Part shown: piece after piece, positions 21,101 through 32,800 of the stretch
Position numbering within the stretch: the stretch's first letter is position 1
How the letters are laid out: each line of letters begins with the position of its first letter
DNA from: Macrostomum lignano
Taxonomy: Eukaryota
Reading direction: 5' to 3'
NCBI GenBank assembly: GCA_002269645.1
Contig: NIVC01002217.1
Coordinates: 77,099-141,098, forward strand
DNA: 64,000 nucleotides
Notes under the pieces: model-generated
Seen by the model: only the letters and a program-made list of their open reading frames with translations
What the model was told of the DNA's origin: nothing
Databases searched by the model: none
Program-made: the position numbers and the translations under genes

Positions 21101-24100
21101 TTTTGGTTAGGGTTTGGGTTTGGGTTAAGGTTTGGGTTTGGGTTTAGGTTAGAGTTAGAGTTTAGGTTAGAATTTAGGGTTTAGGTTAGGGTTTAGGGTT
21201 TAGGTTTAGGTTAGAGTTTGGGTTAAGGTTAGGGTTTTGATTTGGGTTTGGGTTAAGGTGTGGGTTAAAGTTTGGGTTAGGAGAGGGTTTACTGAATTTT
21301 TGAGTTGCAGGTTGAATCTATATTATAAAAGTACGCTGTTGGGATATGGAGGGGATATTTTTAAACTAAGATTTGAGAGAATTTTATATTTTGGGATAAG
21401 AGCTGGTTTCCTAGTCTAGTAACTATATGAGGAATTTCATTGTGTTGTAAATTCATAAAGAAAATTAAAAAATCAATCCGCAGGTGTTTCTACTAATCTG
21501 GAACCTACCCAGCGATCTAAGCGCCAATTTAATAGTGCACAGAATGCGCCGATTCCTGCCTATGGCGCGCAGCTTCTACTGTCCCCGGCCAGTCCCCGCC
21601 AGCAGCGGCCAGCTGCGCAACTGCGGCTTCGCTGTGGCCAGATTTAATCGGCCGGCTGATTGCGCTCACGCTATGGAGCGGATGAGATCGGCCACCCAGC
21701 AGCAGCTGATGGCCATTTTCTGCTCCGGACTCATCCGAGTTAGCTATGCCGCTTTGCTGGTGAGGCTTAATGGAAATTTGGTCATTAGAATTGACCGGAA
21801 ATGGTTGCTAGGTGGGTCATTAGAATTGACCGAAAACGGTTGCTAGGGGGGGGGGTCATTAGAATTGACCGGAAATAGTTGCTAGGTAGGTCATTGGCAC
21901 GGACCGAAAACGGTTGCTAGTTAGGTCATTGGCACTGACTGGAAACGGTTGCTAGGTAGGTCATTGGCACTGACCGGAAACGGTTGCTAGGTGGGTCATT
22001 AGAATTGACCGGAAGCGGTTGCTAGGTGGGTCATTAGAATTGACCGGAAATAGTTGCTAGGTAGGTCATTGGCACTGACCGAAAACGGTTGCTAGGTAGG
22101 TCATTGGCACTGACTGGAAACGGTTGCTAGGTAGGTCATTGGCACTGACCGGAAACGGTTGCTAGGTGGGTCATTAGAATTGACCGGAAGCGGTTGCTAG
22201 GTGGGTCATTAGAATTGACCGGAAATAGTTGCTAGGTAGGTCATTGGCACTGACCGAAAACGGTTGCTAGGTAGGTCATTGGCACTGACCGGAAACAGTT
22301 GCTAGGTAGGTCATTGGCACTGACCGGAAACGGTTGCTAGGTAGGTCATTGGCACTGACCGGAAACGGTTGCTAGGTAGGTCATTGGCACTGACCGGAAA
22401 CGGTTGCTAGGTAGGTCATTGGCACTGACCGGAAACGGTTGCTAGGTAGGTCATTGGCACTGACCGGAAACGGTTGCTAGGTAGGTCATTGGCACTGACC
22501 GGAAACGGTTACTTGTTCGGTAATTGACTCGTAGCGGTTGCTAGGTGGATCACTATTTTTGAAGTGAAAATATTGCTCCACACCACTAAAGTGATAATAT
22601 TCCTGGAAACCACACTGGCTTGGACTTTATAATACATGTAAGCCTAATCTACTCGTAGTATCGTTAGCAAAAGCAACCCTCTTCGCCCCCCCCCTCGCCA
22701 GGAAACCTGCCACGTGCCGCCAATGTTCACCTTTCCCTGCCACAATCTTCTGCCTTGGCTGATCAACGCCAATCAGAACAGCGAAAATCCGCTCGACTTC
22801 CTACTGGACTCGCCGCCCTATTCGCCGGCTCCGTTTACCTGCCCCTGCCATCCGGACGCCATGCCGTCCGCACCCGCCGGCGGCATGTTCGACTGGCTGG
22901 CCTTCACGCTGCGAATGCGACTGCCGGCTGACGGCGACCCCATCCAGACGGTCAGGTAAGAGACCGCCGTATGAACCCTCTCTTCTACCCCCCCCCCCTG
23001 CATGACCGTCTCTTCTACCCCCCGCACCCGCCGGCGGCATGTTCGACTGGCTGGCCTTCACGCTGCGAATGCGACTGCCGGCTGACGGCGACCCCATCCA
23101 GACGGTCAGGTAAGAGACCGCCGTATGAACCCTCTCTTCTACCCCCCCCCCTGCATGACCGTCTCTTCTACCCCCCGCATGACCGTCTCTTCTACCCCCC
23201 CCCTGCATGACCGTCTCTTCTACCCCCCCTGCATGACCGTCTCTTCTACCCCCTGCATGACCGTCTCTTCTACCCCCCCCCTGCATGACCGTCTCTTCTA
23301 CCCCCCCCTGCATGACCGTCTCTTCTACCTCCCCTGCATGACCGTCTCTTCTACCCCCCCCTGCTTGACCGTCTCTTCTACCCCCCTGCATGACCGTCTC
23401 TTCTACCCCCCCCCTGCATGACCGTCTCTTCTACCCCCCCCTGCATGACCGTCTCTTCTACCCCCCCCCCTGCATGACCGTCTCTTCTACCCCCCCCCTG
23501 CATGACCGTCTCTTCTACCCCCCCTGCTTGACCGTCTCTTCTACCCCCCCCCCCCCTGCATGACCGTCTCTTCTACCCCCCCTGCTTGACCGTCTCTTCT
23601 ACCTCCCCCCCTGCATGACCGTCTCTTCTACCCCCCCCCCTGCATGACCGTCTCTTCTACCCCCCCCCTGCATGACCGTCTCTTCTACCCCCCCTGCATG
23701 ACCGTCTCTTCTACCCCCCTGCATGACCGTCTCTTCTACCCCCCCCTGCATGACCGTCTCTTCTACCCCCCTCCCGCATGACCGTCTCTTCTACCCCCCC
23801 CCTGCATGACCGACTCTCCTACCCCTCGCATGACCGTCTCTTTTACCCCCCCCCCTGCATGATCGTCTCTTCTACCCCCCCCTCCCGCATGACCGTCTCT
23901 TCTACCCCCGCATGACCGTCTCTCTTGTACCCCCATAGAGATCTATATAGCTGTATTTGATGAAGATTTCGACTATCTATCTTCTCTAACCCTCCAATTA
24001 CTAACTTACCCAACCGGCCTGTAACATTCGCAGGCTGCTGTCGGATCTGATGTTGGAAAGCGAAGAGCTGGTGCCAATTCACGTCACGGCCGCCTGGCTC

Positions 24101-26569
24101 TCTTCGGCATCGAGTGCAAAAACATCGGCATGGGCTGCGGCGACATCGCGGCTGCACCCGGTCAACCGGCACGGCAACGCCGCCCTGCTGCTGGCGCTGA
24201 ACAATGGCGAAGTTGACGATGCCAACAACAACAGCAGCAGCAGCAGAACTTCGAGTTGCTCTCGCACGGAGGAAGACGCCACTACATTCGACCGGTCCGC
24301 GGAGCAGTGGCGCCTGCTGCCGCCGAGCCGTCCGCTCCGCTGCTGGCAGCTGACCGGCTTGCCTACTGAAGCCGACCGGACGGAATTAGCCGTGGCTATT
24401 CGACGCGCTTTCCCTAGCCGAGTGGCCGACAACCTGTACATTGCCGGGCACGCCTCTTTGAACTGCCAGCTGGCCGTCCTGCGCCTGCCAGTCTCCATGT
24501 CTGCCAAGGTGGCCGAGTCCGCCGCCAGCCGCCTTTCCAAGGAGCTGCCCGGCCAGTCTGAGCTGCGCCTTCGCCAATGGTGCGGCAAACCGACTCGACT
24601 GGCCGACCTGCGGCCAACTCTGGCGCCGTTCTGCCCCGTGCCAGACGGTTGCGCGACTCGCTGCCAGTTCATCCTGGCCTGGAATCTGCACCGCCAATTG
24701 GCCACTGCCGAGGTGGCAGCCAGATTTCTGGATCGGTTCCCGCTGGTGAGATGCTTTCTGCTTTTGTTTTCGTTTTGTTTTATTGCCGCATGACCCCCCC
24801 CCAGTTTTCTCTAGAGGAGAGCAGCTGACCCCATTGACATCCCTTGGATGGCTCCACTATTGTAGTTAAGCAATAAGTAACCCTAATTCTTCAAACCCAA
24901 TTTCTAAACCCTACCTAAATCCCATCCGAAACCCCATCCTAAACTTTATCCTAAACTCTATCCTAAACCCCATCTTAAACCCCAGTTCCTGAACCCCATC
25001 CTAAACCCTACCTGAACCATCCTAAACGTTATCACAAACCCCATCTTAAACCACATCTTAAAACCATCCTAAACCCCATCCTAAACCTCATCCTAAACCC
25101 CATCTTAAACCCCAGTTCCACCCCAGTTCCTAAACCCCATCCTAAACCTTACCTAAACGCCATCCTAAACCTTACCTAAACCCGATCCTAAACCTTACCT
25201 AAACGCCATCCTAAACCTTACCTAAACCCCATCCTAAACCTTACCTAAACCCCATCCTAAACCTTATCCTAAACCCCATCTTTAACCTTACCTAAACCCC
25301 ATCCTAAACCTTACCTAAACCCCATCCTAAACCTTACCCTAACCCCATCCTAAACCTTACCTAAACCCCATCCTAAACCTTACCTAAACCCCATCCTAAA
25401 CCTTACCTAAACCCCATCCTAAACCTTACCTAAACCCCATCCTAAACCTTATCCTAAACCCCATCTTTAACCCCAATTCCTAAACTCTAACCAGTCGATT
25501 GCCGTGCTCCCCGCATGCTCTCTCCCTCAACTTGCAGATTCGCAGCGTTTTCGCTCCAACTGCGCCAGCCAGTTTGGCCAATGGCGCTAACAATCTCGGC
25601 TATTGCGTTCTGCGCTTTGATCGGCCGCGCGACTGCGCCAGAGCCCTGGCCGCTCTGCGCTCCCTGTCCGCAGCCGACCTGGCCAATCTCTGCTGCCCGG
25701 CCGGGCCGGCCTATTTCACCCTGTGCGAATGGACGACATCTGCTGCCTGCCGCCGTTTCAGTTCCCCTGTCACAATCTGCTGCCTTGGCACGGCCGCCGC
25801 TTCCCCGAGCACGTGAGCTGAGCTGTCTGCGTCTGTCTGCTTTTTTATTACCTGGCGCTCTCTGGCTTGCCTACTTGTCTCATTTGCTCCTTATCTTTTG
25901 TACGAATACTTAGTTTGACATGCATGCCACCTTGAGAATCGCCTCTGACACTCACAGTGCCTTGAGAATCGCCTTTGACACTCACAGTACCTTGAGAATC
26001 ATCGCTTTAATCATCTACAAACTTTTGAAAATCGCCTTTGACGCCCGTCTCCCCCTTGAGAATCGCCTTTGACGCCCGTCTCCCCCTTGAGAATCGCCTT
26101 TGACGCCCGTCTCCCCCTTGAGAATCGCCTTTGACGCCCGTCTCCCCCTTGAGAATCGCCTTTGACGCCCGTCTCCCCTTGAGAATCGCCTTGACGCCCG
26201 TCTCCCCTTGAGAATCGCCTTTGACGCCCGTCTCCCCTTGAGAATCGCATAAGAGGCGAAGTGCATAAGCCCTGAAACATACGAGTAAAATGCGAACTCT
26301 TGCCGAACAGCCGCGCACCAACCAACCCGTGTCCGCAGGCCCGCGCCCTCTGCCTGGAGTCCTGGCAGCGGCCCTTCCGCTGCATCTGCCACCCGAACGC
26401 GGCCTCATATTCGCCGGCATCTGTAGATCAGCTGATCCGGCTTAGCCGCCTAATCCGCATCGCTGGCTCCCCTAGCAACAGCGCCTGCAGTCCGGAGGGC
26501 CTGCGCGACTCGCTGTCCGAGCTGCTCGAAGCTGCCGAGTCTGACTTGGCCGAGTCCAGCCAGCAGTAG
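18199..26569 (+). CDS. 7-exon ~981-aa paralog of the 11080 gene, with RRM-like domains and two copies of the RRM + Cys/His module; one 1-nt frameshift in exon 6
   Basis: Exons with GT/AG and consistent phase: 18199-19026, 20211-20579, 21484-21759, 22702-22955, 24034-24745, 25538-25812, 26339-26569. Junctions read QPGK|[13 protein letters not shown]|[12 protein letters not shown]|[13 protein letters not shown]|LLSDL, RFPL|IRSVF, FPEH|ARALC. In exon 6 the frame shifts at ~25690-25730 (..ADLANL.. to ..[23 protein letters not shown]). Upstream exons cannot be excluded. Confidence 0.8.
19045..20050. repeat. Pyrimidine-rich ~21-25-bp intronic minisatellite
   Basis: Unit ~CCTCCTTGGGGTTTCATCTCTCC fills intron 1 of the 18199 gene. 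It accounts for the spurious PWGFISP ORFs. Confidence 0.95.
20580..21280 (+). repeat. Degenerate telomere-like repeat (GGGTTT/GGGTTA/AGGTTT)n in intron 2
   Basis: About 700 bp of hexamer variants including TTAGGG. It begins exactly at the inferred GTGGGT donor. Confidence 0.92.
21775..22550. repeat. 35-bp intronic minisatellite
   Basis: Unit GGTAGGTCATTGGCACTGACCGGAAACGGTTGCTA, period 35, ~22 copies with variants. Confidence 0.96.
22970..23930. repeat. ~27-bp C-rich intronic minisatellite with variable poly-C, containing a duplicated exon end
   Basis: Unit CTGCATGACCGTCTCTTCTAC(C)n. 22871-23024 is repeated at 23025-23178. Confidence 0.95.
24890..25490. repeat. 23-bp telomere-like C-strand minisatellite in intron 5
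   Basis: Unit CCTAAACCCCATCCTAAACCTTA, degenerate toward the 5' end. Confidence 0.93.
25930..26250. repeat. ~31-bp intronic minisatellite
   Basis: Unit GACGCCCGTCTCCCCCTTGAGAATCGCCTTT, ~7 full copies plus degenerate leaders. Confidence 0.93.
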
Positions 26570-27389
26570 CGTTTAGAGACGCTATATAACAATTCCGAAT
26601 GTTTGCAAATATCCGAATACGAAAATCAAAAAAAGTTTTATGACCGCAGATGCAGAATGAGTGCTAATTACGTATTTATATAAAATTAGTTTGTTGGTCT
26701 TCCTTTTGTCTATTCTATGAATCATATGTAGGAAATACTACGAGTAATAAGTACGCAGATAATAAAGATTATTTTATCAATCGCATGTTTTACTATTTAG
26801 TCTTTTAAAATGCGTTTCATCCGTATGGCTAATACTGATCTCTCGCTTGCAGAGCTTAAAACTTCTTCTGCATTAATAAAGGTTGCATTTTCTGTTATTT
26901 TTTGTTTTGATTTTTTCGCACGTGCTCAAAGTTTGTCAGGCTATTTTGCTATTTCTGTGTTTTTGTTTATTAATTGTTATGCCTAGACTAATTTTAATAG
27001 GCTTATAATAATTGCAGCGCATTTTAGGTAAGCTAACAGGTCAGCATCTGTCAGAAGAATCTAATAAAAAATACTACCGCATGTGCATTGACATAAATCA
27101 CTTTATCGGCTTGACTTTGTGTAACCAAGCCTGTCTTTATGCTTTTTCGTTTGTTGTTCAAGCATATTCCGAGTAGTTTATGTACATGTACTTTCTCTTT
27201 CTTTAAAAAATATAAATTTTTAAACTTAAAAAAGTATATTAGTGTTTCTCATCTTATCCTTTTATACTACCAATTACCAGTTCGTATTTGCTCTTTTGTC
27301 TTTTCTTTTTGGTGAAAGAGGGATTACATGGTCAAATAGATTAATTAGTGAGCGCGCAAACATTTTCAGTGTCAATCATCCCTGTTAAA

Positions 27390-27593
27390 AAACGAAAGCG
27401 ACTATCATTAGTCTTTGGTCTTAAACAGACCGTAAGCCAGTGCGGCAGCAGTCGGCTCGTTCATGATCGCAGCACGTTCAGTCCGGCAATCACCCGACAT
27501 CTTTTGTTGCCTGTTGCTGACTGCCATTGAAGAGGCCGGCACCGTGATCAGAATTTGTTTAAGACCGAAGACTAATGATAGTCGCTCTCGTTT
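27390..27593. mobile_element. Small MITE-like element / hairpin with 38-bp inverted arms
   Basis: AAACGAAAGCGACTATCATTAGTCTTTGGTCTTAAACA (27390-27426) versus TGTTTAAGACCGAAGACTAATGATAGTCGCTCTCGTTT (27556-27593): reverse-complementary with 2 mismatches around a ~129-bp spacer. Confidence 0.65.
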
Positions 27594-29807
27594 AGCTCGT
27601 AAAATCGTTTCTCAAATGAAAAACCATAGTTTTGTTTTTTTTATTTTAAAGCACGCTATATTTTCGAAACATTGTCCATCTCTATAGATTTTAATTCGTT
27701 GAAATTAAAACGAATTTCAACGAATCTTTGCATACTTTGCATAATTTGCATACAAATCTTTTTATGCTGTATACGACCAAATAATTATAAATAAAGCAGC
27801 TAAAGTAGATTTTCCTCTATTGTACAGCAACGCTTTAAGGCTTGCTTTAGGAGTACTTTTATTACGTACGTATTGCGGCAATGCCGTATATTTTGTTAGT
27901 TTGCTTTAAATTAAGCAAGCACATTTGACTTCGAACAAATAGACTATTTTTCTCCCGCGGCCCATCTATCCGTAATGTAGCGCTACATTACATTAGATTA
28001 GGCATTATGCCCTGGCCAGCACCATTCTATTCCTTACTCTGTCCCTCCTTATTTCATTACCTACACTGCAGGAATCTTAATTTTCAGCAATCCTTTTCTC
28101 TTTTCATACCTTAATCGCTTTAGACCTATCCAGTATATTTGAGTTGTTGTTGTTTAACGATTTTATAACAGAGGGCAGAGGCATACATCACATGTAGAGT
28201 ACTCCATTAAATGTATTTGGTATTTTACCCTATGCAACTTAATATCTTAGTAACTACTTTTTCAGTACTGGCTACTTTTGTAGTATTTGATTATTTTTCC
28301 CCACAAGGCCACAATACCTCTATTGGCTCTAACTCTTGTCTGTATATATGTAGTATCAGTATGTTATAATACTATACCTTACTATTTTGTCATTTATATA
28401 CATTTAACTTCCTTTATTTTTTCTTTAGGTTTTATATTTATTTAGTTTCATTATTAGACTTTGTAAAAATGTATCTATTACTAAATCATTGTTTACAATG
28501 ATTAATCAGCTTTGATGTTTTTTATAAACTTATATTTAGGCTTATGGCTATATTTAGCCATTTAGGCCCAAATATTTTTAGGACTAATTTAGAACTAATT
28601 TTATTTTTAGCTTATTATAAAATTCAAAGCCATGCTATATAATATAGAATAAAAGTTTTCATTTTAAATTTAAGGTTGATTAATTTATTAATGATAATAA
28701 GAAGCAATTTTAGGCTAGGCTTAGCAAAGAATAGATTTAAGATAGCTTTAGTATAAGAGATTATTAAATGTATACAAATTTTATTAGTAGATTTAATTTC
28801 TATATTATTGTCTCTATATATTGTAAAATATATTAATTCTCTAGAGCTAGGCATACTTTTTAAGCAAAAAGTGTTGAATAGAAGAATAGAGACTAAATTA
28901 AATAGCTTTTTTACAAAGCATATATTTGCCATTTATATGCTTAAAGCAATATGTAAGTAAATATGATTTTTTACTTTTAAAAAAATGTAATATTATCATC
29001 AGTATCTGATTCTAATACTATTGTATTAAGCAATTATGATTATATGGGAAGAGACAGAAAAGGCAATACCCCCTCTTTTCCATGGTTGAACTTGCATATA
29101 AGGGGGGTATTCTAATTTTGATCTTTTTAGGCCAACCCAAAAAGTTGGGCCAATCTGCCTCCTTTCTACTACTTTAAAAATCTTGGGCCCACCATAGGGC
29201 ATATATATTAATTTATATTTTTATGCTATGCCTAAATAAATGAAAATTATTTTTTCCATTTTATTTAAAATAAATTTAGATCGAAGGCTTGTTTAAGAAA
29301 TAGCTTTAAAAATATCTATACATATAGTTTATTAGTTAAAAGATATATATTAGGTAATTTTTTTTGTTTACAAAATTTCCTAAAGAGGCTAGGCCTAGGG
29401 CATTTTATTTTTTGAATAAATATTACAAACATGCTTTTTTCACCCCTAAAATTATACTTCAAAAAGGATAATATCTTTCTTGATGACCAAACTTATTACT
29501 AAGATATTAAAGAGTAATTAGGATAATGTTTTACTGATTTATTTTTATGTAAGTAATTTATTTAAATTTTTAGTAATTGCTCTAAAATGAGTCAAGCATT
29601 GTGTAGTTTAACTTTTAAACATTACTTGAAATAAAAAGGCATATAAGCTGACTGGATGTGAGACAATAATTAAGTTTTTTGTATAAAAAAATTATAAAAC
29701 TGATTAGTTCTCTTCGCTCTTCCTCCCCTCTGCCCTGTCTAAGTCCAAACTGCCAGGTGCAGCCCTGACCCATCGAAATTCTTATCCAGCCAGCCAGTCA
29801 GCAAGCC

Positions 29808-32800
29808 ATGCACTCGTCAAGTTGCTCCAACATTTGGCGGCCACTGCTGCTTCTCCATCTGCTGCTCGCAGTCCTGACCGCACCATCTGGCGCCGACTCG
29901 CATTCGGGCCGTGGCGACGTCTCCCAGAGGCCGGAGTTCATGTCGGCGCACTACCAGCGCACCCGGCAGCTGCAGGACGAGTTCCGGCTGTCATTCGACT
30001 GCGAAGCCCTGGCGAAGCCGCACGTCTATGACGTCGATCCGCCGCCGCGCACCTCGTCGCCGGCAGTGCAGCCGGCGGGCTCGGACCGGCTCAGCTGGCT
30101 GCGCAGGAAGCAGGCGGAGACGCACATCCTGTCTAGCGATGCCGCCGCCCTGCTGGCCGTGGCCGTGTCGCCGCCCTGCACGCGGGCCCGTCTGATCTCG
30201 CCGACTGTTGCATCCTCAGCCGCTGCCGCCGCCGAGCCGACAGTTGCCCTCGCCGATGTGAAAGCCTGCGGCCTGGTTGCTTCTATCCAAGCCGTCCGCC
30301 GCCTGCTGCCCGACCTCGGCCTGCTGTTGGTGTTCAACGCGCCGGCCGGCAGCGCCAGGTCCTACGAAGAGGATGCCGCTGCCTCCTCAACCGCTGCTCG
30401 GCCGGCGGCCACCCCGGCAGGCGCCATCATCAGCCAGGCGCACCCACCGCCACCGCCGCCGCCGCGCCGCCCGCAGCTTCCGGTTGTCCTGTACGAGCCG
30501 GCCGACCTGGCCGCCCGCCTGCTCGACGAGCTGCAGAGATCCAATCGGAGCTGCAAAATTGGCTATTCGTTCAGATCTGTAGCGCCGGATGGCCTCATCA
30601 ATAAGACCTCCGTGCTGTTCGTGTCCGTGTCCTTCATCCTGCTGATGGTGATCAGCCTGTCCTGGCTGATCTTCTATTATGTGCAACGGTTCCGCTATCT
30701 GCACGCCAAGGAGCGGCTGTCGGTTAGTTGCTAGGCTGCGGATAGGCGTTGTTCTGTCCTCTAAGCACGGCTTCTGCGATGCAAATTCCTATTGTTTGCA
30801 CTGTGCTCGGATAGGGTCATCTCAAAATTAGTTAGTTAGCCAGTCACTCAGTCAGTCAGTCAGTCAGCCAGTCAGTCAGTCAGTCAGTCAGCCAGTCAGT
30901 CAGTCAGTCAGTCAGCCAGTCAGTCAGTCACTCAGTCAGTCAGTCAGCCAGTCAGCCAGTCAGTCAGTCAGTCAGTCAGTCAGTCAGTCAGTCAGCCAGT
31001 CAGTCAGCCAGTCAGTCAGTCAGTCAGTCAGTCAGTCAGTCAGCCAGTCAGTCGTCAGTCAGTCGTCAGTCAGTCAGTCAGTCAGCCAGTCAGTCAGTCA
31101 GTTCGCAGGGCTTTGGGGACTGCCACAAGTCACTGCAACAGCTGACTCGCAACCAGCGAAGAGGCCGATCCGCTGACCCCTGAACACCCACACGGATATG
31201 TACACAGGCGCACACTTACACAGGGTTATCATTCATTAAATTTTCGGTTCTCAGGCAGGTATTCCATGGGATGCCAATGATTCCCATAACTGCTCCTCAC
31301 CGTCCACAGATTGGAATTCCAGGCTGTTTCAAGTCAATGACCGTATATTACTACGGTACATTGTGCATGTGTATTTCGCTCAACTGGATAATAGTTTATT
31401 CTGCCTCAAGAGGAAAAGATATATCAATACGATTGAGTACATAGCTTCCCTTTTTTCTTATAAATTGTTGTTTCTGGCATTTCAGCGCCGACCCCCCCCC
31501 TATTGACCCCCGGCTCGCACTCTCCCTCCTCCCCGAATTTCAGCGTCGGCTGGGTACCGCGGCGAAGAAGGCGCTGACAAAAATCCCCGTCAAGGTGCTC
31601 AAGACTGGCGACAAGGTGAGTTTTGTAGCTTAATGCTATCAATATTTTTCATTTTGCTTACTTGCCGATATGTAGCGCTAAAAAATTATAAGGCAATATT
31701 TTCTGAGTGATTTTATGCAGCAGCCCGTAGCATATAAGTATCTTCAATATTGACAGTCTTGCCGATATGTAGCGTAGAGCGCTTTTTACAGAGAAAACAA
31801 GGGTGCTAGTCTCAAAGTTGATTGAGTAACTTTGTAGCGCAAACAAACTCTTTTGAAGGTATACGATAGATAGATAGATAAATAAATCTTATTAAGAGCC
31901 TGGAGATTTTTATAGGCTTTAATTTCTCCTGTTCAAACGGCCTCATTATTTATGTTTCTTTTAATTAAAATCGAGCAAAAGCAGCTTCAGTTCTTTGGCT
32001 TCTAAAAGAGCACACGAAAGAAATTATTTTGGAACACGGGTTAATAAGTCCTGCTAAAGATAAACCGTCCGTTAGTCCGTAATCTTCTAAGCCACCCCAA
32101 TTTTCATTGATTTTTTCATCATATTTTCGTCTAGAAGAAAAAAAGCAGAAAGACTTGGAGATTTTCTGCTTGCGCTCAGGTACAGGAAATTCGGCTTCAT
32201 CTCCTGTTGTCTTTCATCTCATCGACGGACTTTTTTGCCAACTGAAAAGGTCGGGCAGCTGAAGGGCTTAAGCTTGACGAGAGTGGCAGAGTGAGCTTGG
32301 ATGAGCAGGGACAGACACTGGCGCATTATTCTGCAACTAACGCCTTTCTATGCTTTAATTAACTAGAGGCTTACCTTTATGAGAGAGCTAGGAGTAGATG
32401 GAGAGAGAGAAGGCCTATGTGAGTCTGCAGCGGCTCGCATTTCTGGGACTCTGAGAGGAGAGGCGGACTTCTTCCTTCTTGTTCTGTCCTTATACTCGTA
32501 CTGTAATCCTTCATTCGTGCGCAACAGCAGCTGAAAGGCGGGGCAGAGAGAGGCTGCGGCTGCTAAGCCGCTATTCCGGCTTTTAATTACGCGGATCTGC
32601 TCAAACAGAGCTAAACAGATAGTGCGGTGCGAGGTTCGAATTTTTTCAATCGGACTAGTAGGAATTATGGGGAATTTTCTTTTGACGGGAAAGTCGACAA
32701 ATTGTTGGAATTCCTTGATGTTCTGAGCCTTAATCGGGGATCCCTGCGCGCTACCTTTAAAGACTTGAATTTTGTTTTAAAAAATACCTCCCACCTCCAA

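Noticed and set aside
20580-21280. True chromosome end or telomere fusion
   Set aside because: The tract is highly degenerate, mostly GGGTTT, and lies in an in-phase intron flanked by coding exons.
21775-22550. Hammerhead ribozyme (retrozyme) in the CTGACCGGAAAC repeat
   Set aside because: It lacks the CUGANGA core and the three-stem arrangement. CTGATGA hits elsewhere (e.g. 53483, 55195) have no matching GAAA and stems that I could find.
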